Shown here one piece after another: positions 50,504-62,633 of a stretch of 64,000 nucleotides of DNA. Origin of the DNA: Magallana gigas (Eukaryota); contig NC_088857.1 of assembly GCF_963853765.1 (NCBI RefSeq), positions 18,290,001 through 18,354,000 of the forward strand, read 5' to 3'. A program made the position numbers and the translations under genes. The number at the start of each line of letters is the position of its first letter. Position 1 is the stretch's first letter. The notes beneath the pieces are model-generated. The model was not told the DNA's origin, did not search any database, and saw only the letters and a list, made by a program, of their open reading frames with translations.

Positions 50504-52503
50504 ACTTGGTTCCACTAAAGAGGACTTCTGCATCAAAATTAAAAAAGAAGAAATGATTCTGTGAAATGCTTACATGTATACAAGCTTACATATGTTATAC
50601 AAGATTTTTTGTAATAATGAAAGAAAATTTACCAAGTCCCTGTGCACTAAGCTATTATTATGATGAAAATTAGGGTGGAGCTGTCATCCATGTTTTCTGT
50701 AAAACTGTTTTGCTCCACAGCTATAAAACTCTACATATTACTTATTATATGTATGCATATCCTATGGATAACTCCACAGGATTTTAGGATCATATTTTTT
50801 TTTTCAAGATATATTTTTACAATAATGTAGTTCTTAAATTACTTTATCAAATGACTTCAGGTTTTATAAATGCAGGTGTACAAGTATTTCATGAACATTC
50901 CTACTGAATTTCAGGTCGAGCACTGTAAGATCACTTACATGCAGATATTTATCAGGGATTGTGAAGTTACTGTTTAATTAGCATAAATAAGAATTATTTA
51001 ATTTTTTTGATAAATATTTAAGGAGTTGGCAAATTTAATATTAATTTATGCATGAATTGATTACACACTAAAACATGGATAATGCAGAGTCCCTGGGACC
51101 TGTGGATTCACTTCTCTATAATTTAAAAGACTTTTCATGTCTGAGTAACAAATTGGTAATACAATTGCACAGTAATGGCAATAACAAAAGCAAATTTGTA
51201 ATAAACTGTTTTCTTACAAGGTATTCTCACAAAGGTATTACCTAGCATGATTTAAAGTTATTGGGTGGTAAAGCTGAAGAATTTTATGAACATTAATATT
51301 AACTTATGGGATTTTGAAAACGATATTATTTTGCCTTGAACAAATATAAAACTTTGCCATATCCATGATTTTACTACCGGGTATATCCATGTTTATATTT
51401 AACCAGCTTTTTTGTACTGGTGGTCTTCTAGTAATTTGACATTCAATCTGTATTCTGAAAAGATATGCTATTAAGTGTTAAAACTAATTTTATAGCATTT
51501 TGGTGCATATGAATTGAAATTAAAAATCATTTACAGATGATCATGTTCATATGTTGTATTCTTGTACATGTAAATTGTATATGGCTGAAAGACTGATTTC
51601 TCATTCATCCAGACAGTTTGGTAGATTGTGAATTAATAAATAGATATTATCACATCAGTGGAGGTTATTTCTTGCGATCATGTCAAAAATACTGTTTAAT
51701 AAATACAGTTAATGTTAAAATATCTGCATGAGAGGACATTTACAGTATATACCCCAGTACTAGTGCATTGAAGAAAGTTGTCACTTGTTCTTACCCGAGT
51801 GGTAAGGTTATTAAAAAAATAATTCATAGAAAAAAGTCAACATTTGTAGTGAAATGATTTAAGAGCAGTTGGTATTAAATATCACCCCTGTGAATGTTTT
51901 CTTTATCGTTGCTATTACTAGGTCAGGCGCGGGTCGAAAATAAACCCTTAGGGGGATCTCTACTAAGCATGTTAATTGTTGCAACAGCAGAAAAAAAACT
52001 ATTTTTTGTAATATGTTACATTCATTTCTAGAACATATTTTATCCACCAATTAATGAAGATAAAGTTTAAAATCAATAAACGTTTAGATTTTATATTTGA
52101 CTACAAGTACCTAGATCCTATGATATTGACTACAAACACAAGGAACGATTTTCACTGCAAAACTGAAAGGGTCAAATATAACCACGTGGTCTAAAATTTA
52201 AATGACAATACATGTAACATTCGCAGACGTGAATATATCGACCTGTAAAAATTGTTGAGGAAAATATGATGCAACACTTTCAAACCTAGGCTACTAGCCT
52301 GCATTTTTGTTTGCCATAATTGAAATCTTCCCAATAGTTCCCATACTAGTAATTAGTATGTACTTTAAATCAAAGTCACGAACATTGTAAGGACTCATTA
52401 AAAACTCAGTATTTTCTTAATTTTGTTTTTAATAAAAGTCGCATCAGAATACAATTTCATGTAAAGTAGAGTGAACAAAAAATACATGTATAATTGAAAT
52501 AAA

Positions 52504-54357
52504 TCACCAAGATGATCTTGTAACCCCAGAAAGATTATTATAGTCTGCAAGACTGCGAAACATAATCCGACTAATGTGCCATCTTTTTAGCACAGCACGG
52601 GGACGTGAAGTCAATATACACCTGTTGTGCAGTCTCACAGGTGCACTGTTTAATGGGAACTCCCTGATCTCTTTGTCAGCAATTTCCTGAAATGGAACAG
52701 ATCATTTTACAGACATGGTTCATAATTTCAAGATGTTTGTATTCCAAGAGTTTATAGTAAAGTATAGATATAATATGGTGTATAATTTCAAAACGTTTGG
52801 TATTTTAAGAGTACAGTAAAGTATAAATTTATTATGGTACATAATTTCAAGGCATTTGATATTCCTATAGTACATATTAAAGTATAAATATATTATGGTA
52901 CATGATTTCAAACTAATAAGGCGTTTGGTATTCCAAGAGTACAGTAAAGTAAAAATATGTCGTAGGTATGTACTGGTACATGTATTCCAAAATTGATGAG
53001 TGTGCTTAGAGGCCCCCTTCTGAATACAATCCAAATTTAATACAATACACTGCTTATCAATAGAATGTACCAGTTTATAAACATCATACCATAAAAACAG
53101 TATATATTAAAGGGTCTTTGTTAAGGGGCCTGTATAAAAATATTACAGGAAGTACCTTTATTTCCCTTGGAATAATTTTGCTTTTGCGGACCATGTTAAT
53201 TCGGAACCTCTCTGGGCCATACTCCTGAACCGTTTTCCTCCTTTTGTTGTCCCTGATCATTCTGAAGTCCACCATTTTAGTTCTAACATGGTTCAACTGA
53301 TTCTGTTGATTGGCTAACAGGCTGGATTGCTGAGTCACATGCGAATTTACAGGCTGAAAATAAGGAACATTCAAATTTCAAATAAATCATTATGCTTTAA
53401 AGACATTTTTAATTACCAACTTCGGTGCTGTAGCTGTACAGAAATTTTGGTCAAATTTTACCGGGACAAGAGATTCAGGTACAGTTCTAACTGTTCCATG
53501 CATGCAAAAATTTGCAACTGACTGCACACAAATTTTTTATTTTTATTTTGGACCTAACTATCTAGTTTTGTAGTGTGTTATCATGTGCCTCCAAAATGTT
53601 TAAATCACTCACAAACCTCTTCAACTAACTTGGAAGGAAAGTGTGTTCAATTAACTTGGCAATCAATTGATTGGCACTATTTTCGCATGAAAGCAAAACC
53701 AATTTCTTTACTTTGGTTAAAGATTTTTTTAAATAAACTTCTGTGCCAAGTAATGCATCAGTAAAATGTTTTTTTTTAAAATTATAATATTTTGTAATTA
53801 TTTAGGATTCCACAGGATTTGTTAAAGACAATTAGAGACATATGGGCGTTCAAACTAGTGAACATTTAAATGCTCTGTAAATCAGGCTATAAGGTCTTTA
53901 AACTTAAATATTCCAGTTAAGCAAGTTATTTAAGTTAACTTCATAGATTTAAGTTTAAGTTAATTTAAGTTAATTTCATAGAAGTCAGACAAGCGTCAGA
54001 GGAAATTAGGAATACCAGACAGCTGCAACTTTACCAGGAAACTGCCAATTTAATTATAATGGTTGATTTGACGTTTACATCCATACACAAAAATGCTTTT
54101 TATGGGTGTGTGTCAATCAAACACATATATATTGAGGCGAGAACTCACATCGGTCAACAGGCGAGGAGTTTTACATTTTCAACTGATAACAAATTAGTAT
54201 AAAAAAGGAAACATTTACAAAAAATATTCATTTAATTCTCGGTTAGCATAAACGTATAAACACATTTGTTGTATTAAGTCTCGAAAATACCTCTCTATAA
54301 CTTTAATGTTACCTTTGCAAGGTTAAAAAACCACTTTCCAACACGGCTTGCAGCCAT
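52504..54357 (-). CDS. MRPS14: Mitochondrial ribosomal protein S14 (uS14m), 176 aa
   Basis: Exons 54357-54313, 53521-53417, 53353-53156, 52686-52504, all phase 0 with GT-AG. Sequence MVDFRMIRDNKRRKTVQEYGPERFRINMVRKSKIIP...IADKEIREFPLNSAPVRLHNRCILTSRPRAVLKRWHISRIMFRSLADYNNLSGVTRSSW* matches the MRPS14 pattern (RNRC..TSRPR, SRI.FR.LAD...LSG..R..W). Basic N-terminus without acidic residues, like a mitochondrial presequence. Confidence 0.93.
52715..52960. repeat. About 60-bp tandem repeat, about 4 units, in MRPS14 intron 3
   Basis: Units start ATGGT at 52715, 52775, 52834 and 52895. Consensus approximately ATGGTACATAATTTCAAG.CGTTTGGTATTCCAAGAGTACAGTAAAGTATA.ATATATT. Confidence 0.75.
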
Positions 54358-55335
54358 GTTTATCTTTGAAGTGTTTCTCGAACCCGACTTTCTTTTTTAA
54401 CAACGTGCTCGAGGGCCTTAATGCTCACCAGTTCTAAAATCCATTTTAAAATTATACTTTGGCAGTGAAAATAATACCACACTCTACAAAAAGCCACTTT
54501 CTTACAGTTGTCATTATCCTACATATATGAAAGCTGGACCAACCACATTTGGCATAAATGACACGCGGGTAACTATATGTACATATATTTGCAGAAATTT
54601 ATGATTATAGTCATTTTTTAATTATTGGGGGGGGGGGGATCTTAATCCCCGTGTGCAAACTATCTGACTTCAACTGTTCAATAACATTTCATCGATATAT
54701 GTGTTCGGATAAATAAGATTACGTTTGTTTCTCGATCGAATGAACTAATATGGTTGTCGACATGAAGGTCGCCGATAATCCCCAAACTCTTTTGCATCAA
54801 TAAAATAGCTGAGGCGGTAAGCGATTTCTTACATTGACGTATTGCAACGGACCTCGAAACATGACTTTTTACTTCCAATGCTTTGATTAATCCAAAGGGA
54901 ATTAATAAGATTCCCTTTGATTATAATTCAGTCTGTTCATCCGAGAAAATATTTATTGTGCATCGCTAGGTAAATGAAAATCTAATAAAACCATTCTTGG
55001 GGGTTTTTATCCTAGAGGATGTTTGGTCGAGTTCTAAAAAGTGTTGCGTGTGTTTAAAAAATATTGGAATTCTAGATGATTAAATCTGCGAAATAGACTT
55101 CGCATACATTTTTATGCATGTATGGTAAAGCAAGCCACATTCCATAAAAGAATCCATAAATTCTCTGAATTAATATAGTGTTAGCTTGTTTATGATAAAT
55201 ACCTTTTCACTGACTATTTTTAGGAGCCATGTCTATGAGTAATTAGCCGGGTTAATAGAAACGAGTATAAATGGAATGATCAATGTCAACATTGTCCTAG
55301 CTGGTATTGCTTGTAATGAAATCAGGTTCTAGGAA

Positions 55336-58300
55336 ATGGATAAACTTACTTTGCTGTTGTTTGTTTTGGTCCATTGGAATGCCACTCACATTCAAGGTAA
55401 GATTATCATAGAATAATACCTGCATTGTAAACGAATCTTTGTGAAATGTATATATGTGTGTCTTTTTTTTTTTTAAATAAATACCGCTATGGTGATAATG
55501 TATTACATGTACGTGCGAACAAAAAAGGAGGAGGACAATTCACTTCGGAGGTATACACGTGATTCCATTTTTTTCTTTACTCGGCCATCAATTCTAGCAA
55601 TGATTACGTTTAAGACCCAAATATACTTTGAGTGTCCCACGAATAGAAAAATGTATCTTTGTAGTAAATCTGACAGCAGCTTGCACAGACATCTTCCGGC
55701 CCCTGACTGGGCTGTACGACTACTGTTACTGGATGATTACAACTTTCCAGAATAGTACCGACAGCAGCAAGCTGTGTGCGAAAGATGGCGGAACTCTGGC
55801 CTGGGTGAATAGTGCGGAGGCACAGGCTTTTGTAGAGAAAACTTTCACNNNNNNNNNNNNNNNNNNNNNNNNNNNNNNNNNNNNNNNNNNNNNNNNNNNN
55901 NNNNNNNNNNNNNNNNNNNNNNNNNNNNNNNNNNNNNNNNNNNNNNNNNNNNNNNNNNNNNNNNNNNNNNNNNNNNNNNNNNNNNNNNNNAGCACACAAT
56001 ACATGTATTTGCTTGGAAAGGCAAGCACGCATGCAAGTCACTTTTTCACGAATTAATTATTAATTTCCAACCTAACATGCATGTAGATATTTATGCAGCT
56101 GCAGTTTGACATGTTTCAAACCCCGATGTCATGACGATATTTGAGATTTGTTTAAGAAGAAGTGTGTTTAGTTTGGCCATATTTAGAAAATTTCCATATA
56201 AATCAGACAATATTGATAAAATACTGACAAATGACAAGGGCGATCTTACTATTTTATTTGTTTGTACATCGTAATTTATTGGCCAATTGTCATTATTGCC
56301 GGAATATTATCATACATGAACATTGTATTCACCATTGATGTTGATTTAAAAAAATAAAAATAAAGACTTGATTCCTATAGAACTTAAGAGAAAAAAAAAT
56401 GTTGTAATGTTAATAAATCTTATTGTGACAGTTAAAAAAAAAGAAAAGACAACAACAAAAAACCCACAAAAACAAAACAAAAAATAAAACAAAAACAAAA
56501 AACAAAACAAAACGTGATTCCAGAAAATTGTTGTGTTTGCTTATCCCTATTTCCAAATGCATGCCTCATTTTAAGGTTTCTCTTAAGAGGCAGAAAGGAC
56601 GTTTGTTAAAATGGGCTGCAATATATTTTTAAAATAAGTGGATTTATGGGGACGAATCCCCCCAAAAAAAAAAATTCCAAAATTTCCTGCCTTTTTCAAA
56701 TAATATGCAAGAACATCGCATTTTAAAAATCAAATCGACGAAACGCCCGTTTTGGTTGGAATTTGTTATTTTCCTCTATAGGTTGCTGCCTGAGGAATTA
56801 AGATTTTCTAGACAGAGATTATATATGAAATTGTGAATTAATCCTGTACTCTCAATACCGGGCAGGACGGCTGGGAGCATGTTTTACATTGGAGTCCAGG
56901 ACCCGGTGAGTGAGGAATACTATACATATACGGGGGAGAGACAGTACTACTTCAACTGGGACGCCGTCTACAGTCCAATCACAGACTGGCATTGTGTGAT
57001 GATCAACTACGACAGCTTCAAATGGCGGGAAGTCAAGTGCCTCTTTCCCAAACTAGCGCTGTGTTCGAAAACAATTTTGAGAGGTATTTTTCTTTTCTTT
57101 CAGTAATTGTTTAAAATAATATGAGCTGTATTTTTTAGAATTTTATTTTGCTGCAAAAACCTGCTAGTATATATGATCAGTCTGCATGTAAATTAGACTC
57201 TTATGATAAAAAATTTTTTAAAAGAATCATGAATTTTCGTCAGAAGAAAGATTTTTCTTCTAAGGTATATAAAGCAAATCAATTTTTGTTCAGGACGACA
57301 ATAATTCAATTTTGGTTCATTGAAGGCTTCTATACGGCTTTTCAAATAAAGATATGGCTAACAAAACTTTAAAAACAATGATATTTTTGTCATTTTAGTA
57401 GGAAATAACATTTTCCGTAAAAAGAATTTCAGCATGAAAATTGCAGCTCATATTGCTTTAAAATAACCAACATAGCAAAGGTAGTGTGTTTATTAAGGTT
57501 TAATTTTGTATTACGGTATGAAAATATGACAGACGTAAAATGTGATTACAGACGGGGAACGTCAGTTTAAGGTGGTATGGGATACCTCCACATTGTGACG
57601 TAATTTCAATAGAAATTAAAAATAAAATCAAGTAAAGTTATGTATTTTTTTTCTTTCTAAAAATTATTAACTAACGGCGTAGCGCAATGGGTTGAAGAGT
57701 TTCATACGAATCTATAAGCCATGATTTCGAATCCCACTGGGGATTTTAAAATTTTTACCTATCCAAATATCTTTGGTCAGATACTACAAAATTTGAAAAT
57801 CAATGCTAAAAATGTTGAAAGTATTTTGTGTATTGTGTACTTTAATCCACATTGATATCGACAGGTGTACCATACCACTTTAGAATATGATTATTTGAAT
57901 GTAGTCTCTTCCTAATCTGATTTTAGGAAAACAAGCAATAAGTTATTGTCAATAACCAAGGATGAAAATCATGATGATGTTTAGATTTAAACAAAAATTC
58001 CGAATAAAAGGTGGAAAAGTTCAGAGAATTAAATCAAGAGAATACTAATTCGCAAATGTTCTTTAAATGCATGGATATCTTTATGAAATTTCTCATCATT
58101 GAACGTTTTTACGTCTTTCTCTAGCGTATATACATACCGGTATGTAAAACACAACATATAACATAAGATATACACTTTTGTTTTTTTTTAAAGTTTATAG
58201 TCAAGAATACCGGTTAGGCCGCCCAAAGTTAATTCTACGTTTATCGCCACCTTCTACATACAGAACCAACGCGGGAGTGCGATAAACATAAAAATAAACA

Positions 58301-58976
58301 AAATTTTTCAAACAAATGATGTAGGCCTATGTATATTTACATTTATACAAATACAGTGAGTATTCAAGCTACATGTAGGCTATCTCTTTAATGGTCCTTC
58401 CTGTCTGCTACCAAGACAATCCCATGAGTATCCGATATATAATCCATAATTTGCTCTAATCATTTCGAGTGTTTACAGGTTGCAAAAAAGAAAAATCAAA
58501 TTCGGAAAGAGAAAATTGAAATTGAAATAGGGGTTTGTTTTTTTGTTTAAAACTCATTTTCTCCTAATCCACTCGGGCGTTGGTAACGTTAAAAACAGAA
58601 TTTACTTTGAACAGCATTATCTTTGCAATTTAATTTTTGAAAGCACTTTTCAGTTGCCTATAAATTGGATAAAAAGGTAACTCGTCGAATTTTGAATTAT
58701 ATTCATATAATCTTGATTTTGTTTTAAACAGAATATTTGTCCTCCTACTTTGATCGAGTTCTCGTTGGAAAGGCCTTGACTGGCTACGAGGCGTCTGTGC
58801 TGGAAAACCTGAGCTTTATACGTTGTGCATTTGCTTGTCAAATGAATGTCAGATGTAAATCAATCAACCATGACGTCACCAGCAGACGATGTACCATCAA
58901 CAGCGAAACTGCCGAAACTTACCCGTCGAATGTAGCAATAGCACCAACCGTCAGTTATTATACCGTTTTCATTTGA
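55336..58976 (+). CDS. Secreted protein: signal peptide + C-type lectin-like domain + PAN/apple domain (about 235 aa)
   Basis: Exons 55336-55396 (MDKLTLLLFVLVHW...), 55665-55848 (ends at the N gap), 56866-57083, 58732-58976, phase-consistent. CTLD pattern CY, C...GGTLAWVNS.E, FYIG, NW, HCV, W..V.C...K.ALC. PAN pattern CAFAC.MN.RCKSINH.....CTINSE. Confidence 0.8.
55849..55990. other. Assembly gap (142 N)
   Basis: A run of N that hides the donor site of lectin exon 2. Confidence 0.99.
57571..57879. mobile_element. TTAA-flanked Kolobok-like MITE (second family) with an internal tRNA-like segment
   Basis: TTAA|GGTGGTATGGGATACC ... GGTGTACCATACCACT|TTAG (imperfect right end). Internal GGCGTAGCGCAATGGGTT...GATTTCGAATCCCACTGGGG. 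Confidence 0.55.
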
Positions 58977-59105
58977 CAAGGTCATGAGTTCAAGTTATGT
59001 TTATCGTTGTATAAACCATGTTCACCTAAACAAACAAAAGCACCAACAAAAACAATTCTTTGTGCTTTTTTTTTCAAACATCGTATTGCTATGCTGCAAA
59101 CCATT

Positions 59106-60225
59106 TTAGTATACGTTCATGTTAAATACTGAAATCTGATTGGTTTAGACGCAGTTAATAATCCGTTTTGTTATACTTTCATGTTAAATACTGAAATCTG
59201 ATTGGTTAAGACGCAGTTAATAATATTTACTATTACCCTCAGCGTTAGCAACGCACTTGGCAACGGGTAACATTAAAAAATATTACATGCGCGAAAATTA
59301 TGCGCGTACGGTTCACTGTAGAATTCACGTTATTCCTATATAAAAGCAGTAAAATTTTCTTAAAAATTTTAAAAAAGACATTCAGTATAACAAAATAAAT
59401 AGTGCCTGTTTGGGAGGATAACAGTTGAAATTGACACCCCTCGAAAACCATTGTCAACCTCCGCTTCGCGTCGGTTGACAATGGTTTTCTCGGGGTGTCA
59501 ATTTCAACTGTTACCCTCCCAAACAGGCACTATTTATATACTATTACCCTTAGTGTTAGCAACACACAAACAACGAAATGTTACATGCACGTAAATTATG
59601 CGCGTACGGTTTGCCGTAGAATTCAAGTCATTCCAAAAAAAGCAGTAAAGTTAAACCGTTCTCTTTAAAATTAAGACATTCAGTATAATAAAATAAATAG
59701 TGCCTGTTTGGGAGAGTAACAGTATATAAATAGTGCCTGTTTGGGAGGGTAACAGTTGAAATTGACACCCCGAGAAAACCATTGTCAACCGACGCGAAGC
59801 GGAGGTTGACAATGGTTTTCGAGGGGTGTCAATTTCAACTGTTATCCTCCCAAACAGGCACTATTTATTTTGTTATACTGATTGTCTTAATTTTTAAGAA
59901 AATTTTACTGCTTTTATATAGGAATAACGTGAATTCTACAGCGAACCGTACGCGCATTATTTTCGCGCATGTAACATTTTTTAATGTTACCCGTTGCTAA
60001 GTGCGTTACTAACGCTGAGGATAATAGAAAATATTATTAACCGCGTCTTAACCAATCAGATTTCAGTATTTAACATGAAAGTATAACAATTGAAATTGAT
60101 ACCCCTAGAAAACCGTTGTCAACCTCCGCTTCGCATCGGTTGACAATGGTTCGCAGAGGTTGACAATTGTTTTCGAGGGTTGTCAATTTCTCAACTGTTA
60201 CCCTCCTAAACAGGCACTATTTATA
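59106..60225. mobile_element. Nest of three copies of the palindromic element
   Basis: An old + copy (59106-59167, 59541-59722, 60090-60225) is interrupted by a young + copy (59168-59540) and a young - copy (59723-60089). Confidence 0.85.
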
Positions 60226-60461
60226 AACTGTTATATTCTTTTAAGTTAGCAAAAGTGTATACGTGCAGTGGCTATTTGACTGTATCACCAGGGTCATTAA
60301 GTCCAATATAATTGACATTTTTAAACTATATGTACAATGTATACAGTGCCACCAATTTGGTATTAATTAAATCTGAAGCTTAAAAAGATGGCCATGTTAC
60401 CTCGTAAAACATAAATCGACTAAATACAATATAGAAGTATATAACGTGAGTTTAATATTAA

Positions 60462-61167
60462 GGTCAGACGACACGTTCCTCAATTTTATATAACTTTTTC
60501 CAGGAATTTGTTATTGATTTACTACTACTTTGACAAGCTTTCTTGCAAAAAATTAGGATAAATTACCAGGCATTTCTGCCAAATTCTAGAATATGCAATC
60601 TCCTATATAATTTTTTTTGAAAATACACTTGAATTACTGATATTGAAAAATAAACAACACAGGAAAAATCACTATATTGTAGGTTCACCGGGGCCGGGGC
60701 TTGAACTCATGACTTATGAAACCTGGCCCCGGGGCCATAAAACTTAGACGAGTTCACTTTTGATCTCAGTCTCACTTTTCCACTATATGTTCCTTTTGAA
60801 AAAGCGAGACTTAGATCAAAAGTAAGCTCGTCTAAGTTTTATGCCACCGGGGCCAGGCCCAGGGGCCATAAAACTTAGACGAGCTCACTTTTGATCTCAG
60901 TCTCACTTTTCCACTATATATTCCTTTTGTAAAAGTGAGACTGAGATCAAAAGTGAGCTCGTCTAACTTTTATGGCCCCGGGGCCTGCTCTCCTAGCAGA
61001 GAGGCCACCGCTCTAACCACTTGGCCATCTAGGCATATATCTATATACAAATAAAATTTTAATCAAATTAAGGACGACTTTAAATAAAAATAATTTTACT
61101 GGAACTCTTTATAACGAGGAGATGCAAAACAGATGCTCGAGCCAGTCGAGGAACGTGTCGTCTGACC
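60462..61167 (-). mobile_element. TTAA-flanked Kolobok-like element (same TIR as 38714-39162, opposite orientation) carrying a nested MITE dimer
   Basis: TTAA|GGTCAGACGACACGTTCCTC ... GAGGAACGTGTCGTCTGACC|TTAA. Confidence 0.8.
60726..60984. mobile_element. Tandem dimer of 128-bp PIF/Harbinger-like MITEs
   Basis: CTG|GCCCCGGGGCCATAAAACTTAGACGAG...(60726-60853)|CAG|(60857-60984)...TTATGGCCCCGGGGC|CTG. TIRs about 50 bp. Confidence 0.8.
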
Positions 61168-61183
61168 TTAACATTTTAAAAAA

Positions 61184-61640
61184 CTGTGGTTTCTTTGACA
61201 CTAGTATTTGTGTGCATAGTTTTCGTGGATAAAGTGAAAATCACAGTTTCAATGAAGTATATTTACATTATCGATTGTCTTTTCTAATACATTTCATCTA
61301 TGACTATTTCAATATTTTTTGTTCAATTGCTTAAAAATTATATAAATATAATTAATAAGGAACCATGTATCAACAGTATGGGGTGTTGAAATACGGTTGG
61401 AGTGATTCAGATTTTATTTTTTTCCCCGGACTTTATTGGATTTTATTATCCCAACCGTATTATCACCTCAAAATACTCAAAGAATGATTCCCTATTCCTT
61501 AAAGAAATTTGTAGCCAATGATCCTATCAGTACAATATGATTTTGAGTTTTGCAATTCAATGAACATTGAAATTCGTGAATCAACTCAAAAGCGAAATCT
61601 ACAAAAAATAGGATTCAACGAATATTGAAAAAAACCACAG
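61184..61640. mobile_element. Degenerate TIR element, with a probable second insertion at about 61352-61497
   Basis: CTGTGGTTTCTTT ... AAAAAAACCACAG ends. Internal ATAAGGAACC.../...GAATGATTCCCTATT inverted ends. Confidence 0.45.
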
Positions 61641-62109
61641 TTCCAAAGAGAAACAATTTCAACAATAAGGCACGGTTTAAAACAATTTATTAAGCATTCA
61701 CATTAATAAATATGACATGTATCTGTAATGACGTCAGAGTACAGGTTTATTTTCATTCAAAATAAATACGTATATTACAAATAGATTACAAGTAGAATAC
61801 TCCTTTAAAGTATACAAAAGAAATATAGTATTGTTAAAGTCTTTGACTACCTACATTGTATATAAATATATTCATAAAGTTACGCATAATATATACTTGG
61901 CGTCTGTAATATTAGTCTCTATACAGTATTCAGCTCAGAAAAAGAAATGAACATATTTTTACTAAGTTATTTGTTTAGTCTAGAAATAAGTAAATACAAT
62001 TTTTAAATAGCATTGTAGCAAAAAGTCGGAAACCAATAAAAAATGAGTAAACAACAATGACCATGTGATATACCACTTGTTCTTACGGCTGATGTGATTG
62101 GCTAGAGCT

Positions 62110-62320
62110 TTAATCCCTGTCAAGGAACTTTGTAACTTCTCCTTGGTAACATGGCATCACTTTTTTGGAATTGGCCTGCATCGAAATTGAAATTTTTTAA
62201 AAGGATGTTTGATAGTAAAGAAAAGAATTTTTTAGACCCTCCCCATAATTTTTGCCATTTATTATAATTTTTTCAAATGACAAACATTTTCAATCCTCCA
62301 TGGGAAATCATTAATATTAC

Positions 62321-62399
<79 letters not shown>

Positions 62400-62633
62400 A
62401 ATATACTCACAACAAAGCCCAGACTGTGAAGACAGTTAATGACGTTCAAAAAGGGTCCTTTCCTTACTTCCCACAGATCTCCACTCTGGAATTCAAATTC
62501 TTTGGCTAGACCAAACTCCAAGCATCCCTTGTTAAAGTTTTCAATGTTTGTCATGGCTACAAAGGGTGACATTACTTTTTTCTGGAACTGGACGGGGTTC
62601 CTACCTTCTTGTTTCAAAAGCTTGTTGATAAGC
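62110..62633 (-). CDS. Calponin-homology (transgelin/myophilin-like) protein, last two exons; 5' exons not found in the window
   Basis: Exon 62633-62411 (LINKLLKQ...SPFVAMTNIENFNKGCLEFGLAKEFEFQSGDLWE...VINCLHSLG) matches the C-terminal half of a type-3 CH domain. It joins in phase to exon 62175-62110 (ANSKKVMPCYQGEVTKFLDRD*). Confidence 0.85.
62325..62396. repeat. (GA)36 microsatellite in the last intron of the CH gene
   Basis: Perfect GA run, seen directly. Confidence 0.95.

Noticed and set aside
51859-52050. Possible extra MRPS14 terminal exon (RDPPKGLFSTRA*)
   Set aside because: The 52686 exon reads straight through the conserved RC..TSRPR...W* C-terminus, so no further exon is needed.
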